DNA from: an uncultured Chloroflexia bacterium
GTDB taxonomy: Bacteria > Chloroflexota > Anaerolineae > Anaerolineales > Anaerolineaceae
Length of the DNA: 32,000 nt
NCBI GenBank assembly: GCA_963704755.1
Contig: OY969938.1
Location: 30,001 to 62,000, forward strand
Direction of reading: 5' to 3'
The number at the start of each line of letters is the position of its first letter. Positions within the stretch are counted from its first letter, which is position 1. Made by a program: the position numbers and the translations under genes. Shown here piece after piece: positions 24,701-32,000 of the stretch. A model generated the notes under the pieces. The model saw only the letters and a list, made by a program, of their open reading frames with translations. It made no database searches and had not been told where the DNA came from.

Positions 24701-26812
24701 ATGGAAAGTCCCAAATTATCACAACACAACTCTCTGCATGGGGGACGGGTCTTAATCGTGTACATTATTCTGGCAGGGGTGATTGGATACTACGGTCTGC
24801 GATTGTTCCAAATCCAGATCCTGAATGGCCAGAATTATATTGCCCGGGCCGAGGACAACAGTTCGCGGACCGTCAGCCTGCCCACAACCCGTGGGTTGAT
24901 TTATGACCGCAATGGCGTGGTCTTAGCCCGGAATGTGCCGTCTTACGATGTGGTGATCACTCCGGCGGATTTACCCAACGATCCCGGTGAGATCCAGCAA
25001 GTTTATCGAGAATTATCGTCGTTGATCGGCGTGCCGGTCAGCAACGGGAACACCGATGAAAGCACCGTTCGTAACTTTACCCCGTGCCAAACCGACCTGG
25101 GGATCACCCAGATTGTGTATATTGGCAACACCAATGCCCCTTACGATCCGGTACAAATAAAATGTTACATCGACCAGACCACGGCCATGGAAATTAGCGA
25201 GAAGGCGGCCGACATGCCGGGTGTGACCATCCAAACCAATTCCGTTCGCGAATATCCAACCGGTGAGTCGACCGCAGACGTGGTCGGTTTCCTGGGGCCT
25301 ATTCCCGAATCGGAAGTGGATTACTGGACCAACCTGGGTTTTGTGGCCAACCGGGATAAGGTGGGCTATGCCGGCGTAGAAAACTCGCTCAATGATATTT
25401 TGATCGGACGCAATGGCCAGCGGGAAGTTCAGGTCGATAATTCAGGCGCAATCGTCAAAGACCTTGAGCCGCCTATCGCCCCGGTGCCGGGAAATAGCGT
25501 ACAGTTGACCATCGACGTGCGCCTGCAAAATGCAGCCCAGGCGGCCTTGGTCAATGAGATGAATTATTACAACACAAAGGTCGGTAAGGACAAATACACC
25601 AGTGGGGTCGTAATTGCTTTGAATCCGCAGACCGGGGAAATCCTGGCGATGGTGTCCTACCCCAGTTATGAAAACAACCGCATGGCGCGGGTTATTCCGG
25701 CCTATTATTACGAACAGTTGAAGGATGACCCCATGACGCCCTTGCTCAACCGGGCGATATCGGGTACCTATCCACCCGGATCGGTGTTCAAAATGTCCAC
25801 CGCTGTGGGAATCATCAACGAGGGAGTGGTGACTCCGGATACGACCATCTTCGACCCGGGCATCATCACTGTGGATCAAACCTACCTGCAAAATGACCCG
25901 AACCCGCAGCCACGCCAATATGTGTGCTGGATCTATAAAGACACCGGGGCCGGGCATGGCAACATCAGCTACCTGCAAGGCATTGCCCAATCCTGTGATG
26001 TGTATTTCTACATGGTCGGCGGCGGATACAAGGATGAAATTCCGGAAGGCTTGGGTATCTGGCGGATCGGCGAGTACGCCAAAGCTATCGGTTACGGCAA
26101 GGCGACCGGCATCGAGCTGCCCGGTGAGGCTGACGGCCTTATTCCCGACCCGACCTGGAAACGAACCACGGTTGGCGAGAACTGGTCCACCGGCGATACC
26201 TATATTTCCACCATCGGCCAGGGCTACGTCCTGGCGACCCCGCTGCAAGTGGTCAATGCAATTTCGACGATTGCAAACGGCGGCAAGCTGATGAAACCTA
26301 CCCTGGTGGGGAATGTTCTGGACACAGATGGCAATATCATCAAGCCGTTCGAGCCGCAGATGGTTTGGGATGTCACTAAAGATCCCGAGATAAATATCTA
26401 CGATGAGAATTACAACGTGACCGGCCAAAAGAAGACGATTGATCCGTATGCCATCCAGATGGCACAGGAAGGCATGCGCGAAGTCGTCACCGATGGTACG
26501 GCGGAAGCTACGTTCGATGGATTCGAAGTCGATGGTGTTCCGATCGAATCGGCCGGCAAGACCGGTACGGCCGAATACTGCGACGACGTTGCCCGGGCAC
26601 AGAACATTTGCAATGAAGGCTTGTGGCCTTCGCATGCCTGGTACGTGGGTTATGCGCCTTACCAGAACCCGGAGATCGCGGTGGTTGCCTTTGTCTATAA
26701 TGGCGACGAAGGGGCTACCCTTTCTGCCCCAATCGTGCGGGAAGTGATGCGAGCTTACTTCGAATTGAAAGACCTGGACAACGGCCAGAACCAAAGCACG
26801 AATACACCCTAA
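24701..26812 (+). CDS. mrdA: Penicillin-binding protein 2 (elongasome transpeptidase)
   Basis: N-terminal TM anchor, SxxK (GSVFK), SxD (SCD) and KTG (GKTGTAE) motifs. It lies between mreD and minC/rodA. Confidence 0.9.
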   Translation: MESPKLSQHNSLHGGRVLIVYIILAGVIGYYGLRLFQIQILNGQNYIARAEDNSSRTVSLPTTRGLIYDRNGVVLARNVPSYDVVITPADLPNDPGEIQQVYRELSSLIGVPVSNGNTDESTVRNFTPCQTDLGITQIVYIGNTNAPYDPVQIKCYIDQTTAMEISEKAADMPGVTIQTNSVREYPTGESTADVVGFLGPIPESEVDYWTNLGFVANRDKVGYAGVENSLNDILIGRNGQREVQVDNSGAIVKDLEPPIAPVPGNSVQLTIDVRLQNAAQAALVNEMNYYNTKVGKDKYTSGVVIALNPQTGEILAMVSYPSYENNRMARVIPAYYYEQLKDDPMTPLLNRAISGTYPPGSVFKMSTAVGIINEGVVTPDTTIFDPGIITVDQTYLQNDPNPQPRQYVCWIYKDTGAGHGNISYLQGIAQSCDVYFYMVGGGYKDEIPEGLGIWRIGEYAKAIGYGKATGIELPGEADGLIPDPTWKRTTVGENWSTGDTYISTIGQGYVLATPLQVVNAISTIANGGKLMKPTLVGNVLDTDGNIIKPFEPQMVWDVTKDPEINIYDENYNVTGQKKTIDPYAIQMAQEGMREVVTDGTAEATFDGFEVDGVPIESAGKTGTAEYCDDVARAQNICNEGLWPSHAWYVGYAPYQNPEIAVVAFVYNGDEGATLSAPIVREVMRAYFELKDLDNGQNQSTNTP

Positions 26813-26837
26813 AAGGCTAGGGTCTGAGCAGCTTGTT

Positions 26838-26846
26838 TGCTATAAT
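26838..26846 (+). promoter_or_regulatory. Extended -10 element (TGCTATAAT) upstream of minC
   Basis: Read directly, in the 111-bp gap after mrdA. Confidence 0.35.
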
Positions 26847-26923
26847 CAAGGATCAATGAATGGATTATTTATGGGACAGGATGAACAGGTGACTGCCACA
26901 ATCTCAACCGGTTTACCCAGGAA

Positions 26924-27583
26924 TTGAAGATCAAGGGGATCCGGGATGGTCTGTTGGTGACCGTCGGAGACGGTGAATGGCCGGAAATCCAGGCAAATTT
27001 GCTGCTCCAGATCCATCAGAAGGAAAGCTTTTTCAAAGGCGCCCGGATGGCTTTGGATGTAGGGAACCGGATCTTGCATGCCGCTGAAATGGGCACGCTG
27101 CGCGATAAACTGGCAGATCATGAAGTGACCTTATGGGCTGTGGTCGGAAACTCGCCGATGACCGAAGCGACGGCGCAGGTATTGGGCCTGGCGACCCGGT
27201 TATCTGTGGCAAAGCAGGAACGGGTCACGCGTCCCCTGGATACCAACTTGCCCGGGGAAGACGCAGTCCTGATCCAAAAGACCTTGCGGTCAGGCTTTCG
27301 GGTATCTTCTCACGGGCATGTCATCGTAATCGGTGACGTTAACCCTGGGGCGGAGATTGTGGCCGATGGCAACGTAATCGTCTGGGGACGCCTGAAGGGC
27401 TCAGCACAGGCCGGGGCGAGTGGAAACGAGAACTGTGTGGTATGTGCGATGGAAATCAGTCCAACTCAACTGCGCATAGCCGATGTTTTTTACACACCAA
27501 CTTCGAAAAAGAAAAAGAGTGGACCAGAAGTTGTTCGAATCATCAACGGCCAGGCGGTTCTCGAACCGTGGAGCCAAAAATAA
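26924..27583 (+). CDS. minC: Septum site-determining protein MinC (TTG start)
   Basis: C-terminal beta-helix repeat GDVNPGAEIVADGNVIVWGRLKG. The N-terminus has IKGIRDGLLV. No ATG or GTG lies upstream in frame after the TGA at 26882. Confidence 0.85.
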   Translation: MKIKGIRDGLLVTVGDGEWPEIQANLLLQIHQKESFFKGARMALDVGNRILHAAEMGTLRDKLADHEVTLWAVVGNSPMTEATAQVLGLATRLSVAKQERVTRPLDTNLPGEDAVLIQKTLRSGFRVSSHGHVIVIGDVNPGAEIVADGNVIVWGRLKGSAQAGASGNENCVVCAMEISPTQLRIADVFYTPTSKKKKSGPEVVRIINGQAVLEPWSQK

Positions 27584-27595
27584 CCAGGGAGGAAA

Positions 27596-28399
27596 ATGAC
27601 CGCTACAGTCATTACGATCACCTCAGGGAAAGGCGGCGTCGGGAAGACGACCACCACGACCAATATAGCAGTTGGATTGGCAAAAGCCAACCAAAAAGTT
27701 GTTTGCATCGATGCCGATATCGGTTTACGGAATTTAGACGTCGTATTGGGATTAGAGAATCGTATTGTTTACGATCTTGTGGATGTCGTCGAAGGTCGCT
27801 GCCGGCTGCGCCAGGCGATGATCCGGGACAAGCGCCTGCCGGAACTCTACCTGATCCCGGCCGCTCAGACACGGGACAAGACTGCCATTTCTCCCAGTGA
27901 TATGACTTATTTATGCGACGAGTTGCGCGCCGATATGGATTGGATCCTGATCGATTCGCCAGCAGGCATCGAGCGCGGCTTTCGCAACGCGCTCGCCCCG
28001 GCGGATGTCGTCATTGTGGTGACCAACCCGGAAGTATCTGCAGTGCGGGATGCCGACCGGATTATCGGCCTGATCGAAGCGGAAGAAAAAGGGCCGGCCC
28101 GCCTGGTGATCAACCGGGTGAATATGGATTTGGTCCGGCGCGGCGATATGCTCACGGCTGACGATGTATTGGAATTATTGGCCGTCGAGTTGATCGGGAT
28201 CGTCCCGGAGGACGAGAGTGTAGTGGTTTCCACCAACCGCGGCCAGCCGGTCGCATTGGATGGCAAATCCAGGGCCGGGATGGCCTTTCAAAATATTGCC
28301 CACCGGTTACTGGGTGAGGAAGTTCCTTTCCTCAATTTGGATGATAAAAACGATTTCTTCAAGCGGTTGTCCAAGGTTTTCCGACCGGGAGGAAATTGA
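27596..28399 (+). CDS. minD: Septum site-determining ATPase MinD
   Basis: Deviant Walker A SGKGGVGKTTTT and DSPAGIE, with a C-terminal amphipathic tail (FFKRLSKVF). Confidence 0.95.
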   Translation: MTATVITITSGKGGVGKTTTTTNIAVGLAKANQKVVCIDADIGLRNLDVVLGLENRIVYDLVDVVEGRCRLRQAMIRDKRLPELYLIPAAQTRDKTAISPSDMTYLCDELRADMDWILIDSPAGIERGFRNALAPADVVIVVTNPEVSAVRDADRIIGLIEAEEKGPARLVINRVNMDLVRRGDMLTADDVLELLAVELIGIVPEDESVVVSTNRGQPVALDGKSRAGMAFQNIAHRLLGEEVPFLNLDDKNDFFKRLSKVFRPGGN

Positions 28400-28400
28400 T

Positions 28401-28685
28401 ATGCCTGGCTGGCTGGAGTTGTTAAGCGGAAAAAAGGCGAAAAGCGCCGATGACGCAAAAGAGCGCCTTAAATTAGTGTTGGTCCATGACCGCACGGATA
28501 TTACTCCGGGCCAGTTAGAAACGATGAAGAACGAGCTCCTGGAAGTAATTTCCCGGCACGTGGAAATTGACCCGAACACGGTCAGGATCGATATGGCCCA
28601 GGTGGGCCGTGAACAACGCCTGATCGCCGACATCCCGATCAAATCGACCGGGCCGAAGGGCCGGAAAAGGGTAGCTTCCGGGTAG
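28401..28685 (+). CDS. minE: Cell-division topological specificity factor MinE
   Basis: ATG 28401 lies 1 nt after the minD stop. MPGWLELLSGKK...AKERLKLVLVHDR is the conserved MinE N-terminus. The ORF-track start at 28260 lies inside minD. Confidence 0.9.
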   Translation: MPGWLELLSGKKAKSADDAKERLKLVLVHDRTDITPGQLETMKNELLEVISRHVEIDPNTVRIDMAQVGREQRLIADIPIKSTGPKGRKRVASG

Positions 28686-28694
28686 AGGTGGTTT

Positions 28695-29825
28695 ATGTTT
28701 AATCGTGAGACCTGGCGCCACTTTGATTACTGGTTATTTGGGGTGGTCCTGGTTTTGTGTGTGTTTGGTGTCGTGATGATCCGTTCCGCCATTGGCGGAA
28801 ATGAGGACCTGGCATCCAACGTGACCAGCCAGGTAATTTTCGTGATCCTGGGGATGGTGCTCATCCTTTTCCTGGCCTCGATCAATTACCAGGCTTTGAC
28901 TTCGCTCACCTGGTGGTTGTACGGCATAGGGATTGCCCTGTTAGTCGGCATCAACCTGATCGGTAACGCCTTGTTTGGCTCGACGCGCTGGTTCTCGTTG
29001 GGAATCGTCAATATTCAGCCCTCCGAGCTGACCAAGATTATTATTATCATCGTTCTGGCCGATTACTTTACCAAGCGGCTGGACCAGCCTAAAAACCTGC
29101 GTTGGGTGGGCGAATCCTTCGCGTTGACCTTTGGGATCGTCGTGTGGATCTTGCTGCAGCCCAACCTGAGTACCTCGATTGTGATCCTGGTACTCTGGTT
29201 TGCCATGATGTGGATGAGCGGATTGCCCACCCGTTACATTTTGATCTTCGTCGGTGTGGGTGCGTTTGTGGCGGTTGTGTTTTTTGTGCTGGTGTTCTTC
29301 TTCCAGGTCAAAATACCCTTCATCCAGCAGTACCAGATGGATCGGGTCATCAACTTCCTTTTCCCGGATCCAAACGCCCGGCAAGGGGAGGGTTACAACG
29401 TCGAGCAGGCGTTGATCACGATTGGCTCTGGCGGTTGGTTTGGGCAGGGTTATGGAAACGGGACGCAGGTCCAGTTACGTTTCCTGAAAGTTCGCCATAC
29501 CGACTTCATCTTCTCATCCATGGCAGAAGAGTTTGGCTTCATCGGCACAGCGATCGTGGTTTTGCTGCTGGTTTTTGTGGTGATCCGCTGTTTGTATGTG
29601 GCCCGCAAAGCCCCGGATAATTTTGGAGGAATGATCGCCTACGGCATCGCAATATTGATTTTCTTCCAGATGGCGGTTAATATTGGCGTTAATTTGAATG
29701 TACTACCGGTCACCGGTTTGACTTTACCGTTTGTAAGTTATGGCGGCAGCTCATTGTTATCCCTGGTGTTGGGGATCGGGCTGGTAGAGAGCATTGCTGC
29801 GCATAGTGAAAAATCGGAAATCTAA
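28695..29825 (+). CDS. rodA: SEDS-family peptidoglycan glycosyltransferase RodA (FtsW/RodA/SpoVE)
   Basis: A polytopic 376-aa protein with NIQPSELTKI, RHTDFIFS and LPFVSYGGSSLL motifs. I call it RodA rather than FtsW from its mre/mrd/min context. Confidence 0.85.
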   Translation: MFNRETWRHFDYWLFGVVLVLCVFGVVMIRSAIGGNEDLASNVTSQVIFVILGMVLILFLASINYQALTSLTWWLYGIGIALLVGINLIGNALFGSTRWFSLGIVNIQPSELTKIIIIIVLADYFTKRLDQPKNLRWVGESFALTFGIVVWILLQPNLSTSIVILVLWFAMMWMSGLPTRYILIFVGVGAFVAVVFFVLVFFFQVKIPFIQQYQMDRVINFLFPDPNARQGEGYNVEQALITIGSGGWFGQGYGNGTQVQLRFLKVRHTDFIFSSMAEEFGFIGTAIVVLLLVFVVIRCLYVARKAPDNFGGMIAYGIAILIFFQMAVNIGVNLNVLPVTGLTLPFVSYGGSSLLSLVLGIGLVESIAAHSEKSEI

Positions 29826-29833
29826 GGAGCATT

Positions 29834-31345
29834 ATGGATCACAATACAACCCCTGTTCGGGTAAGGTTTGCGCCGTCTCCTACCGGCCATCTTCACCTGG
29901 GTGGCGCCCGGGTGGCGCTTTACAATTATCTGCTTGCCCAGAAAACCGGCGGCCAGTTTATTTTGCGAATAGAAGACACCGATCAGAAACGATTTGTCGC
30001 TGGGGCGGAGCAGGAAATCATCGATGGGTTGCATTGGTTAGGGATCGACTGGCAGGAAGGCCCGGATAAGGGCGGCCCATACGGGCCCTATCACCAATCC
30101 GAGCGTAAAGAGCTTTACCAGCAGTATGCCGAAGAATTGATCGAGAAGGGGTTGGCATATTATTGCTTCTGCACTCCGGAACGGTTGGAGCACATGCGCC
30201 AGGACCAGCAAAAGCGCAAAGAAGTGCCGCATTACGATGGAACTTGCCGGCGGTTGACGCTGGACGAGGCCAGGGCGCGGGTAGCCGCGGGTGAACCGCA
30301 CGTTGTGCGCTTCAAGATGCCTCGCGAAGGGACGACTACAGTTACCGATCTGCTGCGCGGCGATATTACGGTCGAGAACCGTAACCTGGACGATTATATT
30401 CTGGTCAAATCCAATGGACTGGCGGTGTATCACCTGGCAGCGGCAGTGGACGACCATTTGATGAAGATCAGCCATGTTTTCCGTGGTTCGGAATGGCTGC
30501 CGACCTTTCCCCTGCATGGCCTGATTTACCGCAGTTTCGGCTGGCAGGAGCCGGTCTGGGTACATCTTTCGGTATTTCTCAAGCCCAGCGGAAAAGGCAA
30601 GATGAGCAAACGCGAATTGGCCGAACTGATCAAGGATGGCCATTCTATTTTCCTGCAGGAACTCGCAGGCCTGGGCTATTTACCGGAGGCGGTGATCAAC
30701 TGGATCGCACTGATGGGTTGGAGCTACGATGACCACACCGAGTTCTTCACCCTGGCAGACCTGGTCGAAAAATTCAGCCTGGAAAAGCTCAACCCATCGC
30801 CGGCGGCGATCAATTTCACTAAATTCGACTTTTTCAATGGGCTGCACATCCGTAATCTGTCCATCGAAGACCTGGCTCAGCGGATCAAGCCGTTTTTCGA
30901 GCAAAAAGGTTTTTCGACCGACGACGAAACCTTGCTCAAGATTGCCCCAATTATCCAGGAACGCATCCAGGGCCTTGACGATGCCCCGGACCTGGCCGGC
31001 TTTTTCTTCGAGGATAACGTCACCCCCGATACCGATGAGCTGGTAGTGAAAGGGCTGAGTGCGGCCGAATCGCTGGAACTGGCCCGCAATGTGACGGCCA
31101 TTTTATCCAAATTGCCGGATATGCGCCTGGAGACGGCCGAACCGCCGATGCGAGACTTTGTCGAGGCCAGCGGCTTGAAAGCCGGGCAGGTGTTTGGGTT
31201 GATGCGCATCGCGGTGACCGGACAACGGGTCAGTCCGCCGCTGTTCGAGAGTATGGAGATCGTTGGTAAAGAGCGGGTCATGCAGCGCATGGAACAGGCA
31301 GTTGAGATGATGGAAAAAGTTACCGAAAAGACCGGGGTAGATTAA
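29834..31345 (+). CDS. gltX: Glutamate--tRNA ligase
   Basis: RFAPSPTGHLHLGGARVALYNY (HIGH-type motif) and GKMSKR (KMSKS motif). The length and C-terminal anticodon-binding region are typical. Confidence 0.93.
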   Translation: MDHNTTPVRVRFAPSPTGHLHLGGARVALYNYLLAQKTGGQFILRIEDTDQKRFVAGAEQEIIDGLHWLGIDWQEGPDKGGPYGPYHQSERKELYQQYAEELIEKGLAYYCFCTPERLEHMRQDQQKRKEVPHYDGTCRRLTLDEARARVAAGEPHVVRFKMPREGTTTVTDLLRGDITVENRNLDDYILVKSNGLAVYHLAAAVDDHLMKISHVFRGSEWLPTFPLHGLIYRSFGWQEPVWVHLSVFLKPSGKGKMSKRELAELIKDGHSIFLQELAGLGYLPEAVINWIALMGWSYDDHTEFFTLADLVEKFSLEKLNPSPAAINFTKFDFFNGLHIRNLSIEDLAQRIKPFFEQKGFSTDDETLLKIAPIIQERIQGLDDAPDLAGFFFEDNVTPDTDELVVKGLSAAESLELARNVTAILSKLPDMRLETAEPPMRDFVEASGLKAGQVFGLMRIAVTGQRVSPPLFESMEIVGKERVMQRMEQAVEMMEKVTEKTGVD

Positions 31346-31398
31346 AGGATGGCTTTCTCGGGCTTTTTTAAAAAGCCAATTAAGATATTCCGTAACCC

Positions 31399-31427
31399 TT
31401 GTCTTTCGCCTTAAATGGTGCTAAAAT
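31399..31427 (+). promoter_or_regulatory. Sigma-70-type promoter for tRNA-Gln (TTGTCT-17 nt-TAAAAT)
   Basis: Hexamers and spacing read directly. The -10 ends 16 nt before the tRNA. It has the same -10 hexamer as the tRNA-His promoter. Confidence 0.45.
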
Positions 31428-31443
31428 AAACGCCGTTGTGATT

Positions 31444-31516
31444 TGGGGGCTCGTCTAACGGCAGGACAGCAGACTCTGAATTTGCTTGTAGAGGTTCGAA
31501 TCCTTTGCCCCCAGCC
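31444..31516 (+). tRNA. tRNA-Gln (anticodon CTG)
   Basis: TGGGGGC/GCCCCCA acceptor with U1-A72 and G73, GTCT/GGAC D stem, GCAGA-CTCTGAA-TTTGC anticodon arm, AGAGG-TTCGAAT-CCTTT T arm. Confidence 0.88.
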
Positions 31517-31520
31517 TAAC

Positions 31521-31555
31521 AAAAAATCTCCCGCTTGCGGGAGATTTTTTGTTTT
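31521..31555 (+). terminator. Rho-independent terminator after tRNA-Gln
   Basis: AAAAAA-ATCTCCCG-CTTG-CGGGAGAT-TTTTTTGTTTT. Confidence 0.7.
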
Positions 31556-31598
31556 CGGTAGTTCGAAGCCCATCCAGGGGTATTGTTACTGCCAATGT

Positions 31599-31781
31599 TG
31601 AAGAGCAGCCTCGGTCTGGAGACCGGGCCGATCTGCTTCCTGCGGAATCATTTTCATAAATTTCAAGTTTGCAGCTTTAGTTTCTAGCCAAGGTTGATCG
31701 CTAAACCCACTGATCATCTTCAACGATTAGAAGGAATGCTGCCGTTGTTCGGCCCGGTCTCCAGACCGAGGCCGCTCTTGA
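31599..31781. repeat. 33-bp inverted repeats (2 mismatches) flanking a 117-bp core; MITE-like or a long structured RNA
   Basis: The left arm at 31599-31631 (TGAAGAGCAGCCTCGGTCTGGAGACCGGGCCGA) matches the reverse complement of 31749-31781. Confidence 0.75.
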
Positions 31782-31820
31782 GCGCCAGCCAAGAACCGGA
31801 CTTCGAAAGGGGGGCTGCAT

Positions 31821-32000
31821 TTAGTGGAGCTGCTTTTGATCTAATTTTGGTTCTAAACCTGGCTTAGCCAACAGCACCATCTCTGCGTTACTCAGGCTCA
31901 AATCGGCAGCAGCCAGGTTTTCGGCCTGGTGCTGTGGATCGAACGACATGGGAATGGTGATCACCCGCGGTTGGGCCACCAGCCAGGCCAGCGCAACCTG
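31821..32000 (-). CDS. Aldo/keto reductase, C-terminal 59 codons (gene continues past the right edge)
   Basis: My minus-strand translation is QVALAWLVAQPRVITIPMSFDPQHQAENLAAADLSLSNAEMVLLAKPGLEPKLDQKQLH*. This is the typical AKR C-terminus (ALAWLLAQP..V.PIPG....L.EN..A....L). It is not in the ORF track because it is open at the edge. Confidence 0.65.
   Translation of the reverse strand, partial: QVALAWLVAQPRVITIPMSFDPQHQAENLAAADLSLSNAEMVLLAKPGLEPKLDQKQLH

Noticed and set aside
25442-26794. 450-aa minus-strand ORF
   Set aside because: It is antisense to mrdA, which has the SxxK/SxD/KTG motifs. The antisense translation is Arg/Gly/His-rich nonsense.
28941-29620. ORFs 28941..29384 (-) and 29102..29620 (+) inside rodA
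   Set aside because: These are alternative-frame or antisense ORFs within a gene whose own frame gives a coherent polytopic SEDS protein.

Overview
A 32-kb bacterial chromosomal window of moderately high GC. I cannot assign a taxon without a database search.

Left half (1-16866), almost all minus strand: a hydrogenase supercluster. In transcription order it holds:
- a sensory-looking set of genes (DRTGG, CBS-HATPase, DRTGG, PHP);
- a NuoE / GHKL-ATPase / 2Fe-2S ferredoxin / NuoF block of the kind that normally accompanies NADH-dependent or bifurcating [FeFe] hydrogenases;
- a second NuoE/NuoF pair (HoxE, and a HoxF broken by an apparent 1-nt insertion);
- a HoxU-NuoG-like Fe-S subunit;
- a [NiFe] small and large subunit (HoxY/HoxH) and the HoxW endopeptidase;
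- a 1.1-kb noncoding tandem-repeat array;
- a single-domain cNMP-binding protein;
- hypA (also frameshifted), hypB and hypF.
No [FeFe] HydA is present.

Right half, plus strand, housekeeping: hisS + tRNA-His; a histidine kinase / OmpR-type regulator pair; a minus-strand tRNA-Gly(CCC) trailed by three copies of its own 3' end; a 59-bp perfect palindrome; the morphogenesis block mreBCD-mrdA-minCDE-rodA; gltX + tRNA-Gln(CUG); a 33-bp inverted-repeat element; and the 3' end of an aldo/keto reductase.

Most worth a second look:
- the tandem array at 3028-4145;
- the hybrid [FeFe]-type accessory module joined to a [NiFe] catalytic core, with duplicated diaphorase modules;
- the two frameshifts, both in hydrogenase genes;
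- the tRNA-3'-end repeats.

All calls come from reading the sequence and ORF translations. No searches were run.
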